A stretch of 64,000 bases of DNA. Source: an uncultured Pelagibacteraceae bacterium (GTDB taxonomy: Bacteria > Pseudomonadota > Alphaproteobacteria > Pelagibacterales > Pelagibacteraceae). Positions 37,930 to 48,700 of the stretch are shown here, piece by piece; position 1 is the stretch's first letter; each line of letters opens with the position of its first letter. The stretch spans positions 18,744-82,743 of the forward strand of contig CACOGC010000006.1 in assembly GCA_902626645.1 (NCBI GenBank). Direction: 5' to 3'. The notes below the pieces were generated by a model. The model had not been told where the DNA came from and did not search any database. It worked only from the letters and a program-made list of their open reading frames with translations. The position numbers and the translations under genes are program-made.

Positions 37930-38676
37930 TTAAAGAAGGTTTTTACTAATTAATAGGCACTCTTTATCAATCTTACCATTAACAAGACTTTGTCTAAATC
38001 GTCTTTGAAAAGCTAGTGTAAGGTACTTCATATTTTTTCGAAATTTGAAACCCTTAACATGATTATATCCAATTTTACGAAGATTTTTTAAGAAAACCTT
38101 TTCCTCAATAATTGTTAAAGGATTGTCATGTCTAAATTTTTTAATTTTTTTTTGATTTAAATTGTGCCAAAAAACTAATCTTTTTTTCGCTAACATTTCC
38201 CAAGGAAATTTTTCACCAGGATCTTTTTTACGACTCGGTGATATATCGGAGTGACCAAGAACACAATTTTTTTTAATCCTATATTTTTTTGTAAGAAAAT
38301 AAAGTAATTTTTTAAGTGATAAAATTTGTTTAGATGAAAAATTTCTATAACCATACTGGTGGCCAGGATTAGTAATTTCAATTCCAATTGAATTTTTATT
38401 TAATGATGTGAAATGCTTCCAGCTTGAAACACCTGCGTGCCAAGCCTCATAAAGATCAGGAACCAAATTTATTATTCCACCATTATTTTTTATCAAATAA
38501 TGTGAACTTACTTTTGATTTTGGGTCTTGCAGTCTTTTAATAGCTGCAGATTCTTTTTTCATACCTGTGTAATGAATTATAATAAATTTAATTTTGTTTT
38601 TAACTCTTTTGGGTGAGTTAAAATTTGGAGAATAACTTGTGGCCATTTTTAAGCCTTTTTTTTGATACATTTTCAT
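37930..38676 (-). CDS. N-acetylmuramoyl-L-alanine amidase (AmpD/AmiD, amidase_2 family) with C-terminal peptidoglycan-binding-like domain
   Basis: 'IIIHYTG', 'VSSHYLI', 'AWHAG.S.W', 'NSIGIE' and 'GHSDISP.RK.DPG..FPW'. The C-terminus 'LAFQRRFRQSLVNGKID' resembles a PG_binding_1 repeat. The start may be Met-11 (38646). Confidence 0.8.
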   Translation of the reverse strand: MKMYQKKGLKMATSYSPNFNSPKRVKNKIKFIIIHYTGMKKESAAIKRLQDPKSKVSSHYLIKNNGGIINLVPDLYEAWHAGVSSWKHFTSLNKNSIGIEITNPGHQYGYRNFSSKQILSLKKLLYFLTKKYRIKKNCVLGHSDISPSRKKDPGEKFPWEMLAKKRLVFWHNLNQKKIKKFRHDNPLTIIEEKVFLKNLRKIGYNHVKGFKFRKNMKYLTLAFQRRFRQSLVNGKIDKECLLISKNLL

Positions 38677-38727
38677 ATTTAATTAATACTTATTTTACTT
38701 TATGGTCCAATATAATATAAAGTTTGT

Positions 38728-39513
38728 ATGATGAAAAAATTCTTAATTATTATATTTACAACCCTTGCGTTAACTCTAAATGTCAACGCTGGATCTGATG
38801 GAGATTTAATATTAAAAAAAAATGAACCTACAGAAGTAAAAGATTGTTTTGAAAAAATTAATAGAGTGACTTTTGCATTTAATCAAACTTTGGATGGAGC
38901 TATTTTTAAACCTGTGGCATCATTATACAGAAAGCTTCCATCGCCTGCTAAAACTGGAGTAAGTAATTCTTTAGAAAACATTTCCCATTTGTTGACAATA
39001 CCAAACAATGTTTTGCAAGGAGATTTCAAACAAGCTGGAATTAATACTGGAAGATTTATAATAAATACAACATTAGGTATTTTAGGAATTTTTGATGTTG
39101 CGCAATATCTAGGATTGACAAATTATGAAAAAGAAGATTACGGGCAATCTCTAGCAAAAGCAGGAGTTGGTCCAGGATGTTATATTGTATTACCAGTTTT
39201 AGGTCCCAGTACATTAAGGGATACAGTGGCTTCAACTTTGAATTTCTTGGGTGGTGATCCTTGGTACAATGTTACTGTGGGTAAAGACACTCAATATTTC
39301 GAGAATTCAGATTACTATTTTTCAAAAGGCACGTCTGGAGTAGATTTCAGAGCTAAAAATTATGACTCAATTGAAAATTTGGAAAAAAATTCATTGGATT
39401 TTTATGCCTCAGTCAAAAGCCTTTATCTACAAGATCGCCAACAAAAAATTCTTAATTCTAGAAAAATAATCAATACCCAAGATGATAGTGACTGGGAAGA
39501 GATTAGCCAATAA
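38728..39513 (+). CDS. mlaA: MlaA/VacJ-family outer-membrane lipid asymmetry protein
   Basis: 'FEKINR..F.FN..LD..I.KP.A..YR...P......G..N...N......I.NN.LQGD' and 'R..INTT.G..G..DVA' align by eye with E. coli MlaA. Confidence 0.8.
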   Translation: MMKKFLIIIFTTLALTLNVNAGSDGDLILKKNEPTEVKDCFEKINRVTFAFNQTLDGAIFKPVASLYRKLPSPAKTGVSNSLENISHLLTIPNNVLQGDFKQAGINTGRFIINTTLGILGIFDVAQYLGLTNYEKEDYGQSLAKAGVGPGCYIVLPVLGPSTLRDTVASTLNFLGGDPWYNVTVGKDTQYFENSDYYFSKGTSGVDFRAKNYDSIENLEKNSLDFYASVKSLYLQDRQQKILNSRKIINTQDDSDWEEISQ

Positions 39514-39524
39514 AAAACTTTGAA

Positions 39525-40115
39525 ATGAAAATCAGAAAAATTATTTTAATAATTTTTTTTTACTTTTCAACATTTGGAAATTCTTTTTCAATTGAAGCAG
39601 ATATTTTCGTCCAGTCTACAGTTAATAGAGCTTCAAAAATACTTTCTGAAAATTTATCAAAAAAAGAAAAAATCAACAAACTTAAGTTAATTGCAGAGGA
39701 GACTGTGGATATAAATGGAATTGGCTTTTATACTCTTGGATCAATAAGAAAAAGTCTAGATGACAATCAAAAAAAAAAGTATTCAAAATTATTCAGAGAA
39801 TATTTTCTAAAAAGCTTCTCTAGTAGGTTATCTGAGTATACAAATCCAGAAATTGATGTTTTATCTAAAGAAGTTCTCAGTGAGAATTATACAATTGTAA
39901 ATAGCCTTTTAAAAGGTACTTCTGACAGACCTGAAGTCAAAATTGATTGGAGAGTTTATACTAAAAATCCAGAAAATCCCTTGATCAGAGATTTAATTAT
40001 TGAGGGTTTGAGCTTAGCTAGAACACAAAAAGAAGAATTTGCATCTATTTTAAACTCAAACGACAATGACATAAATGCATTATTTAACACATTAAAAGAA
40101 TTTTCAAAAAATTAA
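39525..40115 (+). CDS. mlaC: MlaC/Ttg2D-family periplasmic phospholipid-binding protein
   Basis: 196 aa with a signal peptide. The pattern '..F....LG.....L...Q...Y...F......S.S..L..Y' and 'V.W.V........I.D...EG.S....Q..EF..I' is typical of the toluene-tolerance Ttg2D family. Adjacent to mlaA. Confidence 0.65.
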   Translation: MKIRKIILIIFFYFSTFGNSFSIEADIFVQSTVNRASKILSENLSKKEKINKLKLIAEETVDINGIGFYTLGSIRKSLDDNQKKKYSKLFREYFLKSFSSRLSEYTNPEIDVLSKEVLSENYTIVNSLLKGTSDRPEVKIDWRVYTKNPENPLIRDLIIEGLSLARTQKEEFASILNSNDNDINALFNTLKEFSKN

Positions 40116-40124
40116 TAAAAAGTT

Positions 40125-40201
40125 TGGTGGGCCCGCCAGGACTCGAACCTGGGACCAATACATTATGAGTGTACTGCTCTAACCAACTGAGCTACAGGCC
40201 C
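40125..40201 (-). tRNA. tRNA with CAT anticodon, most likely tRNA-Ile2 (lysidine-modified); elongator tRNA-Met not excluded
   Basis: 77-nt cloverleaf with encoded CCA: GGGCCTG..TAGCTCAGTTGGTTAGAGCA, anticodon arm GTACA-CTCATAA-TGTAT, T-arm CCAGG-TTCGAGT-CCTGG. The C4-G69/C5-G68 pairs and the TTGGTC variable region resemble E. coli tRNA-Ile2 more than metT. Confidence 0.85.
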
Positions 40202-40259
40202 TTGAATAATCTTTTTTTTACTTTGTTTTATAATTATAATCAATAAACAAATCTAGTAA

Positions 40260-40334
40260 TGGTGGGCCGTGTTGGTTACGCTCCAACTACCCCTGCAATG
40301 TCAATGCAGTACTCTACTATTGAGCTAACGGCCC
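40260..40334 (-). tRNA. tRNA-Val (anticodon GAC), 75 nt, with non-canonical D-loop/T-loop
   Basis: Acceptor GGGCCGT/ACGGCCC plus A-CCA, D-arm GCTC-AATAGTA-GAGT, anticodon arm CTGCA-TTGACAT-TGCAG, T-arm GTTGG-AGCGTAA-CCAAC. All four stems pair, but the T-loop lacks the T54-Psi55 'TTC' consensus. Confidence 0.75.
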
Positions 40335-40344
40335 AAAATCAATC

Positions 40345-42171
40345 TTAGCTTTCCAAGAAACTTTTTAATTGTTTTGATCTACTAGGGTGTTTTAATTTTC
40401 TAAGTGCTTTTGCTTCTATCTGACGAATTCTTTCTCGGGTGACTGAAAACTGCAAACCAACTTCTTCTAATGTATGATCAGTATTCATGCCAACTCCAAA
40501 TCTCATTCTCAAAACTCTTTCTTCTCTTGGGGTTAATGTTGATAATATTTTTGTTGTAGCTTCTCCTAGATTTGATTTAATTGCTTGTTCAAGAGGTGCT
40601 AAAGCTTTTGTGTCTTCTATAAAATCTCCTAAACTGCTATCTTCTTCATCACCAACAGGTTTTTCTAAAGACACTGGTTCTTTTGATATTTTTAAAACTT
40701 TTCTGACTTTATCTAATGGCATCCTTAGTTTTTTTGCTAACTCCTCTGGAGTTGCTTCTCTACCAAATTCGCTCAAGATAAGTCTTTGGGTTCGTACAAT
40801 TTTATTAATTGTTTCAATCATATGAACAGGAATTCTAATTGTTCTCGCTTGATCAGCTATCGATCTAGTTATAGCTTGTCTAATCCACCATGTGGCATAA
40901 GTAGAAAATTTATAACCTCTTCTATATTCAAATTTATCGACTGCTTTCATCAATCCAATGTTTCCTTCTTGGATCAAATCTAAAAACTGCAACCCTCTAT
41001 TTGTATATTTTTTAGCAATTGAGATAACTAATCTCAAATTAGCTTCAACCATTTCTTTTTTAGCGATTCTTGATTCTTTCTCACCTTTTTGAACTCTACT
41101 CACAAGTTTTTTAAAATCTGTCACAGACATTCCTATTTTGTGACTAAATTCAATCAATCTTTCTCGAATATCTTTAAATTTATCTTTATTCTTAGAAAAA
41201 AATTGCTTCCATACTAAATTTGTATCTAAAAATTTTTTGAGATTTGGGTTGATTTCATTACCTAAATAAAATTTTAAAAATTCATTTCTAGGAATTTTAT
41301 TATCCATAGCCAATCTCAATAAATTTCCTTCCAAAGAAATAATTTTTTTATTTTCTACGTAATGTTTTTGAACTAATCCCTCTAAAACTGATGGAGATAA
41401 TTGAAGTGATTTTATATCTTCCAAAATCTCTTTCACAATTTTTTCATAACTCTTTTCTTTCGCAGGAGAGAACGTTTTTACATTCAAGATACAATCCAAC
41501 TTTTCTTTTTGATATTTGATTAATTTATTATAATCCTTAGTTAAATTATGAATTGTTTTAAGAACTTTTGGTTTTATTTCTGTTTCCATTGCAGCCAGTG
41601 TTGGGTTAAAATCCTCATCACCCTCTTCATTTGAATTATCCTCACTATCTGTCTCACCTGAATTTTTTTGTTTAGCACTTGGACCCGTGGTCTCATCCTC
41701 CATATAATTTGTATCAATATCAATAATTTCTCTGACTAAAATTTCATCTTTTTGAAGTTTTTCATTCCAATCAAAAAATTGTTGAGCTGTTATTGGACTT
41801 TGAGATAATGCAATCAACATAATATCCTTACCTGCCTCTATTCTTTTTGCTATTGCGATTTCTCCCTCTCTTGATAAAAGTTCAACACCACCCATCTCAC
41901 GGAGATACATTCGAATAGGATCATCACTTTTTTCAATAGTTTTTCCCTCATCTTTTGAGGAGCCTTCTTTTTTTCTTAAAACTTTGAAATCTGATTTTTT
42001 TTCAACTAATGAAATTTTCTCATCTAATATATGAATAAAAGCTTGGGCGAGATTTTGATCTGAAAGATTTCTTTTTCCAAGCGATTTATTTAATTCCTCA
42101 TAAGTAATGAAACCTCTATGGGTTCCACGCCCCATCAAACGAGCAAATGATTTTGTAATAATTCTTTCCAC
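40345..42171 (-). CDS. rpoD: RNA polymerase primary sigma factor (sigma-70)
   Basis: Region 2 '[38 protein letters not shown]', region 3, region 4.2 '[24 protein letters not shown]' and an acidic region 1 insert. Confidence 0.95.
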   Translation of the reverse strand: MERIITKSFARLMGRGTHRGFITYEELNKSLGKRNLSDQNLAQAFIHILDEKISLVEKKSDFKVLRKKEGSSKDEGKTIEKSDDPIRMYLREMGGVELLSREGEIAIAKRIEAGKDIMLIALSQSPITAQQFFDWNEKLQKDEILVREIIDIDTNYMEDETTGPSAKQKNSGETDSEDNSNEEGDEDFNPTLAAMETEIKPKVLKTIHNLTKDYNKLIKYQKEKLDCILNVKTFSPAKEKSYEKIVKEILEDIKSLQLSPSVLEGLVQKHYVENKKIISLEGNLLRLAMDNKIPRNEFLKFYLGNEINPNLKKFLDTNLVWKQFFSKNKDKFKDIRERLIEFSHKIGMSVTDFKKLVSRVQKGEKESRIAKKEMVEANLRLVISIAKKYTNRGLQFLDLIQEGNIGLMKAVDKFEYRRGYKFSTYATWWIRQAITRSIADQARTIRIPVHMIETINKIVRTQRLILSEFGREATPEELAKKLRMPLDKVRKVLKISKEPVSLEKPVGDEEDSSLGDFIEDTKALAPLEQAIKSNLGEATTKILSTLTPREERVLRMRFGVGMNTDHTLEEVGLQFSVTRERIRQIEAKALRKLKHPSRSKQLKSFLES

Positions 42172-42238
42172 ACTAATATATTTGAAAAGATGTATATAAT
42201 GGCAAATTTAGAAAAATCCATTATTAATTTGAGGTGTA

Positions 42239-44014
42239 TTAATTGATATTTTGCTTTTTTTTAAGCTCTTTTAGCTGATTAAAAGTTGTCTCACTCAAAT
42301 CTTTTGAAAACTTCGATTCTAATTCTTGTATCCTAAATTCTAAATCATAGTTATTTAGGTCACGTATTATATCCTGTAATAATTCAAGAACTTCGTGATC
42401 TTGATCACTTTTTTTTTGTAGAATATGTTTGATTGGAGCAAACTTTGTAATTTTATCAATTAATTGATTATCAATATCTAGAGAATCATTCGATAACTTA
42501 TCTCCAGAATTTAATTTTAATAAAATTTTTTCAAAAATTTGTTTATTAACCTCAGAAAATAATTTTATATCTTTAACCAAGTGAATATATTCTCTCATCA
42601 AATTCAAGTTATTAACAACGAGATAGATTAATGAAAATTCTTTTAATTCAACACCTGATAAAGATTGACTTTCGTTGTAATGTTTTTTTGTTGAGTCCAA
42701 AGATCTAACTTTTTTTAAATAAAAGTTTTTTTGACTTTGACTTGTATATGGAGTTAGTTGAGAGATTTTTTCAACAAAATATTCTAAAACATATTTTTTT
42801 ATATAATTATCTTTTATAGTGTTAGCTATAGATCTTAATTTTTTTTCAAAAATTGCCAATGAAGATGGATTATTTTGCGTATTTTTTTTATAATGATTAA
42901 ATATAAACTGATGTATTGATATTTTATTTTGTTTTGAGTAATCAAAAAAATATTCCTTACCATTTTTATTAACAAAACTATCTGGATCTTCTTGATCTGG
43001 TAAAAATAGAAATGATATTTGCTTTTCAGGTTTCATATCTTTGATTGAATTTTCTGCAGCTCTTAAGGCTGCCTTGTAGCCACTCTCGTCACCATCAAAA
43101 CAAATAATAATATCATTAAAAAACTGATTGAGAGTGAATATTTGTTTATCAGTTAAAGAAGTACCTAAATTAGCAACAGCATTTTCTATTCCATTTTTAC
43201 TTAAACCAACCACATCCATATAGCCCTCAACTAAAAAAATATTTTCAAAATTATTGGAAAATTTTCTTGCTAAATCTAAATTGTATAAATTGGATCCTTT
43301 TTTAAAGAACAATGTTTCCGGAGAATTAACATACTTAGCAAGAAAATCACTTTTTTCAATTATTCTTCCTCCCAAAGCGATTGGTTGCCCTGAAATATTA
43401 TTGATTGGAAAAATTAATCTTCCTCTAAATCTTTCAACATAATTATTCTTTTTTTCATCTAAATAAAATAATCCTGTTTCTAACAAATCATCAATTTGAT
43501 AATTTTTTTTTAATTCTTCAAATAAATTTGGATTCTTTTCTATAAAACCTATTTTAAATTTTTTAACTTGATCTTTGTCGAGTGATCTATTTTTTAGATA
43601 ATCTCTTGCTTTAGAATATTTTTCATTTTTCAAAAGTTGATTATGATAAAAGTCCACATATTCTAAGAAAATAGATGAGTATATTTTCCACTTTTTTTCT
43701 CTTTCTTCATCTTGTTTGGAAAAAATATAGGGTTGCATACCAGCTAAATTTGCCAAGTGCTTTACAGCCTCACCAAATTTAAAATTTTGAGTTTTCATTA
43801 CAAAGTCAAAGATATTCCCGTGTTCGGATGTCGCAAAACAATGATAAAATTCTTTTTCATCATTTACTGTAAAAGATGGGGTTTTTTCATTTTTAAATGG
43901 CGAAAGACCAACGTATTCTTTACCTCTTTTTTTTAGACTGACATATTTTGAAACTACTGTTGAAACTTTTAATCTTGTTTTAATTTCCTCTAAATATTCT
44001 TTTGGGTATTTCAT
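42239..44014 (-). CDS. dnaG: DNA primase
   Basis: Zn-ribbon region 'GLSPFKNEKTPSFTVN.EK.FYHCF..', RNA polymerase core 'RF.GR..FPI' and the TOPRIM motif 'VEGYMDV......G...AVA.LGT'. Confidence 0.9.
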   Translation of the reverse strand: MKYPKEYLEEIKTRLKVSTVVSKYVSLKKRGKEYVGLSPFKNEKTPSFTVNDEKEFYHCFATSEHGNIFDFVMKTQNFKFGEAVKHLANLAGMQPYIFSKQDEEREKKWKIYSSIFLEYVDFYHNQLLKNEKYSKARDYLKNRSLDKDQVKKFKIGFIEKNPNLFEELKKNYQIDDLLETGLFYLDEKKNNYVERFRGRLIFPINNISGQPIALGGRIIEKSDFLAKYVNSPETLFFKKGSNLYNLDLARKFSNNFENIFLVEGYMDVVGLSKNGIENAVANLGTSLTDKQIFTLNQFFNDIIICFDGDESGYKAALRAAENSIKDMKPEKQISFLFLPDQEDPDSFVNKNGKEYFFDYSKQNKISIHQFIFNHYKKNTQNNPSSLAIFEKKLRSIANTIKDNYIKKYVLEYFVEKISQLTPYTSQSQKNFYLKKVRSLDSTKKHYNESQSLSGVELKEFSLIYLVVNNLNLMREYIHLVKDIKLFSEVNKQIFEKILLKLNSGDKLSNDSLDIDNQLIDKITKFAPIKHILQKKSDQDHEVLELLQDIIRDLNNYDLEFRIQELESKFSKDLSETTFNQLKELKKKQNIN

Positions 44015-44016
44015 GA

Positions 44017-44478
44017 CTACTTATTAAGTAAATGTTTAATTAGCGCACCTGCTTTGGAGAAATCAATCTCATCAGCGTGTTGTTTTTTTAATTCTCCCAT
44101 AACTTTGCCCATATCTTTTACTGAATTAGCACCTACTTTAGATATTATCTCTTCACATATTTTTTTTGTATCTTCCTCATTTAATTGTTTTGGTAAAAAA
44201 CTTGATAAAATATCATATTCATTTTGCTCAACTTCAAAAAGATCAGACCGATTATTTTTTTTATAAATTTCTATTGATTCGGCTCTTTGTTTCATCATCT
44301 TCTTAAATAATTTTTTAATATCGTCATCATCAGTCTCCTTTTTATTTGGACCAGATCTATTTAAGATATCCAAATCCTTGATGGAGGATAGAATTAACCT
44401 GTAAGTTGAGATTTTAGTTTTATCTTTTGATTTAAGCGACTTTTTATATTCAGTTTCTATGGTCTCTTTTAAGGACAT
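44017..44478 (-). CDS. yqeY: GatB/YqeY-domain protein
   Basis: 153 aa with '...K.A.K.KD.......R...S.IK', 'QR..S...Y......DL...E..E...L..FLP.QL' and 'MG.VMG.LK'. Lies immediately upstream of dnaG (2-nt gap). Confidence 0.75.
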   Translation of the reverse strand: MSLKETIETEYKKSLKSKDKTKISTYRLILSSIKDLDILNRSGPNKKETDDDDIKKLFKKMMKQRAESIEIYKKNNRSDLFEVEQNEYDILSSFLPKQLNEEDTKKICEEIISKVGANSVKDMGKVMGELKKQHADEIDFSKAGALIKHLLNK

Positions 44479-44603
44479 AATTTTTAATCTACTTTAAAGA
44501 AAAAATTCTTCAAAAGAAAAATTGTTTTTTTACAATTTTATAATACATCTCTGTTGCGATAATAAACCTTTTATTGTATTAACCTTTAACTCATGAGTTG
44601 TAA

Positions 44604-45797
44604 TTGATCAAAAAAGCAAAAAAAAATAGCTCAAAAATTTCACAAACACATACAGGTATTTTAGTTCTTGAAAATAAGAAAGTTTTGAAAGGTATAGGAA
44701 TTGGTTACGAGGGCGTTGCAACAGGAGAGGTGTGTTTTAATACGTCTTTAACTGGCTATCAAGAGATCATATCTGACCCCTCTTATGCAGGTCAAATTAT
44801 TAATTTTACTTTTCCTCACATTGGAAATGTTGGAACAAATCATGAGGATCATGAGTCAGATAAAATCTGGACTAGAGGAGTAATTTTTAATTCTGAAATA
44901 ACTAACCCCTCAAATTATAGATCATTTTCACATTTAGATTATTGGCTAAAAAAAAACAAAATTATTGGTATCACTGGATTAGATACTAGAAACCTTACAA
45001 ATTTCATTAGAGATAAAGGAGCCCCTAAAGGTACAATTTGTTATTCAAAAAAAGGAAAATTTAGTATTAATAAACTTACAAATACAACAATAAAATGGAG
45101 TGGTTTAAAAAATCTAGATCTTGCCGAGGTCGTATCCACCAGAAAAAATTATATTTGGAAAGGGCTTAAAACTTGGAAAAAAGAAACTGGTTTTGAGAAA
45201 AATAAAAAAAAGTCTATGCATGTTGTTGCAATTGACTATGGAATAAAAAAAAATATTTTAAGATATTTTTCGAACTTTAATTGTAAAGTTACTGTTGTTC
45301 CGTGTAAGACTTCTGCAGAAAAAATATTGAGTCTTAAGCCTGATGGAATATTTTTATCTAATGGACCTGGAGATCCAGCAGCAACTGGCAAATACGCGAT
45401 CAATATTATCAAAGATCTTATTAAAAAAAATTTACCAATATTTGGTATTTGTTTAGGTCATCAAATTCTTGCACTGGCTCTTGGTGGTAAAACAAAAAAA
45501 ATGAAATTAGGTCATAGAGGAGCAAACCATCCAGTAAAAAATTTAATTCATGATTATGTTGAAATCACTAGTCAAAATCATGGTTTTGAAGTAGTTAAAG
45601 AAACATTGCCAAAAAATATTGAAGTAACTCATAAGTCTTTATTTGATGGTAGTATAGAAGGCATAAGATTAAAAAATAAACCAGTATTTTCTGTTCAGTA
45701 TCATCCAGAGTCCAATCCAGGGCCTCAAGATAGTGTTTATTTATTTCAAGAATTTATTCATAACATAAAAAGAAATGCCAAGAAGAAAAGACATTAA
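44604..45797 (+). CDS. carA: Carbamoyl-phosphate synthase small (glutaminase) subunit
   Basis: '[34 protein letters not shown]' and the GATase triad 'GICLGHQ'...'HPE'. TTG start; no in-frame ATG or GTG lies before the conserved core. Confidence 0.9.
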   Translation: MIKKAKKNSSKISQTHTGILVLENKKVLKGIGIGYEGVATGEVCFNTSLTGYQEIISDPSYAGQIINFTFPHIGNVGTNHEDHESDKIWTRGVIFNSEITNPSNYRSFSHLDYWLKKNKIIGITGLDTRNLTNFIRDKGAPKGTICYSKKGKFSINKLTNTTIKWSGLKNLDLAEVVSTRKNYIWKGLKTWKKETGFEKNKKKSMHVVAIDYGIKKNILRYFSNFNCKVTVVPCKTSAEKILSLKPDGIFLSNGPGDPAATGKYAINIIKDLIKKNLPIFGICLGHQILALALGGKTKKMKLGHRGANHPVKNLIHDYVEITSQNHGFEVVKETLPKNIEVTHKSLFDGSIEGIRLKNKPVFSVQYHPESNPGPQDSVYLFQEFIHNIKRNAKKKRH

Positions 45798-48700
45798 AAA
45801 AATATTAGTTGTTGGAGCTGGCCCAATCATCATCGGACAAGCATGTGAATTTGATTATTCAGGAACACAAGCTTGCAAAGCCCTTAAAGATGAGGGCTAT
45901 AAGGTAATTTTGATAAATTCTAATCCTGCAACTATCATGACAGATCCAGATGTTGCGGACAAAACATATGTTGAACCAATAACTTTAGATGTTTTAGAAA
46001 AAATTCTTAAAAAAGAAAAACTTGATGCAATTCTTCCTACAATGGGGGGTCAAACTGCTCTTAATCTAGCTATGGAGGCTGAAAAAAAAGGGATTTTAAA
46101 AAAATATAAAATTGAACTTATTGGAGCTAATTCAAAGGCAATTTCTAACGCTGAAGATAGAAAAAAATTTAGAAAAAATATGAAAGCAATTGGTTTGGAC
46201 TTACCTAAATCTGAAATTGTAAACAACAATAACCAGGCTACAAAGGTTCTAAAAAAAATTGGTTTACCTGCAATCATCAGACCCGCTTTTACACTTGGTG
46301 GGCTCGGTGGAGGAATAGCAAAAACAAAGAAGGATTATCTTAAAATTGTAAAAAACGGTTTACATGAGTCTCCTGTTAGCCAGGTTTTGGTTGAAGAATG
46401 CTTGGAGGGTTGGAAAGAATTTGAGATGGAAGTGGTTAGAGATAAGAAAGATAACTGTATCATTATTTGTTCCATTGAGAATATTGATCCAATGGGAATA
46501 CATACAGGTGACTCAGTAACAGTCGCACCAGCACTAACTCTCACTGATAAAGAATACCAGGTCATGAGAAATGCTTCTATCGCATGTTTAAGAAAGATTG
46601 GGGTTGAGACAGGTGGATCCAATGTTCAATTCGCAATTAATCCTAAAAATGGTCGAATGGTTATAATTGAGATGAACCCACGTGTATCAAGATCATCAGC
46701 TTTGGCATCTAAAGCAACTGGATTTCCAATTGCAAAAGTGGCGGCAAAATTAGCTGTCGGATATACTTTGGATGAACTAAAAAATGAAATTACTAAAATT
46801 ACTCCCGCATCTTTTGAACCAAGTATAGATTATGTAGTCACTAAGATACCAAGATTTACTTTTGAAAAATTTTCATCCTCTCCGGCCACTCTTGGTACTT
46901 CAATGAAATCTGTAGGTGAAGCTATGGCAATAGGGAGAAATTTTAAAGAGTCTCTTCAAAAAGCTTTGATATCATTAGAGACTGGTTTCTCGGGCCTTGA
47001 TAGAATATTTAATTTATCAAAAAGACAAATTGAGAAAAAACTAAAAGAAAATATTCCAAACAAAATTTTACTGGTTGCTGAAGGAGTTAGAAAAAAAATC
47101 AGTTTAGATAGGATTTTTAAATTATCTAAAATTGACCCATGGTTTTTAGGTCAAATTAAAGAAATTGTTGATTGTGAAATAAATTTAAAAAAAATAGGTT
47201 TACCAAGAAATTTTACAGAATTTAATAGGATTAAATCTATAGGTTTCTCAGACAAAAAATTATCAGAATTAACAAATCTTTCTGAGGATGTTGTGAGAAA
47301 AAAGAGGATAGCATTAAAAATATTACCCGTTTACAAAAAAGTTGACACTTGTGCTGCTGAATTTAAATCTTTCACTCCATACATGTATTCAACTTATCAA
47401 AGAAACTTTTCAATAGTTTCGGAGTGTGAAGCGGAGCCGACTAGTAAAAAAAAGATAATTATTCTTGGAGGAGGACCGAATAGAATTGGTCAAGGAATAG
47501 AATTTGATTATTGTTGTTGTCAAGCAAGCTTTTCTTTAAAAGATGCTGGTTTCGAAACAATCATGGTAAATTGTAATCCTGAAACAGTCTCTACCGATTA
47601 CGATACAAGTGATCGACTTTATTTTGAACCTTTAAAAGAAGAATTCGTTTTTAATATTATCAAAAAAGAGCAAATGAATGGAAACTTAATTGGTATAATT
47701 GCCCAGTTTGGAGGACAAACTCCAATTAAACTTGCTAAATTTTTACATCAAAACAAATTACCTATTTTAGGAACTCAATACAGCTCTATAGATTTAGCGG
47801 AGGATAGAGATAGATTTAGAAATTTATTAAATAAATTAAGATTAAAACAAGCAAAAAGTGGAATTGCCAAAACTTATAAAGAGGCAATCAAGATTGCTGA
47901 TAAAATTGGATTACCTTTAATGGTTAGACCTTCATATGTTTTGGGTGGAAGAGCAATGGAGATAGTTTATGAAAAAGGTCAATTAAGAAATTTTATTGAA
48001 GAAGCATTTAAAGCTGCAGAAAAAAATCCAATTTTAATTGACAAATTTATTGATCATGCAATGGAGGTTGATGTTGATGCAATATCCGATGGTAAAGAGG
48101 TATATGTAGCCGGTATTATGCAGCATATTGAAGAAGCTGGTATTCATTCTGGGGACTCTGCTTGTAGTTTGCCTCCAATATCTATTAAACCATTTTTAGT
48201 AAAGGAAATTGAAAATCAAACTAAAAAACTAGCGTTAGCTTTAAAAGTCAAAGGTTTCATGAATATTCAATTTGCAATAAAAAAAGATGAAATTTATGTG
48301 ATTGAAGTAAATCCTCGAGCTAGTAGAACTGTACCCTTTGTATCTAAAGCAAAAGGTTTGCCATTAGCAAAAATTGCATCAAGAGTAATGGCTGGAGAGA
48401 AATTATTGAAATTCAATTTAAAGGAAAAATCTAAAGGAATGTATGCAGTTAAAGAAGCAGTATTTCCTTTTAATAAATTTCCAAATAGCGACTTACTTCT
48501 TGGTCCAGAAATGAAATCAACTGGTGAGGTAATGGGGTTTGATAAAAATTTTGGCATGGCATTTGCAAAAAGTCAAATTGCTGCTGCGAATTCACTTCCA
48601 AAAAACGGTCTTGCATTTATATCTTTGAAAAACTCTCATAAGGATGAAGGGATAGGTCTGGCTAAAGATTTGATTAAATTAAATTTTAAGTTAAGTGCAA

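Noticed and set aside
40116-40344. The tRNA pair and the tRNA-Leu at 7548-7633 as possible genomic-island integration sites.
   Set aside because: I could see no direct repeat of a tRNA 3' end nearby, no integrase gene and no foreign-looking cargo. The flanking genes (mlaC, rpoD, ygfZ, nadA) are core genes.
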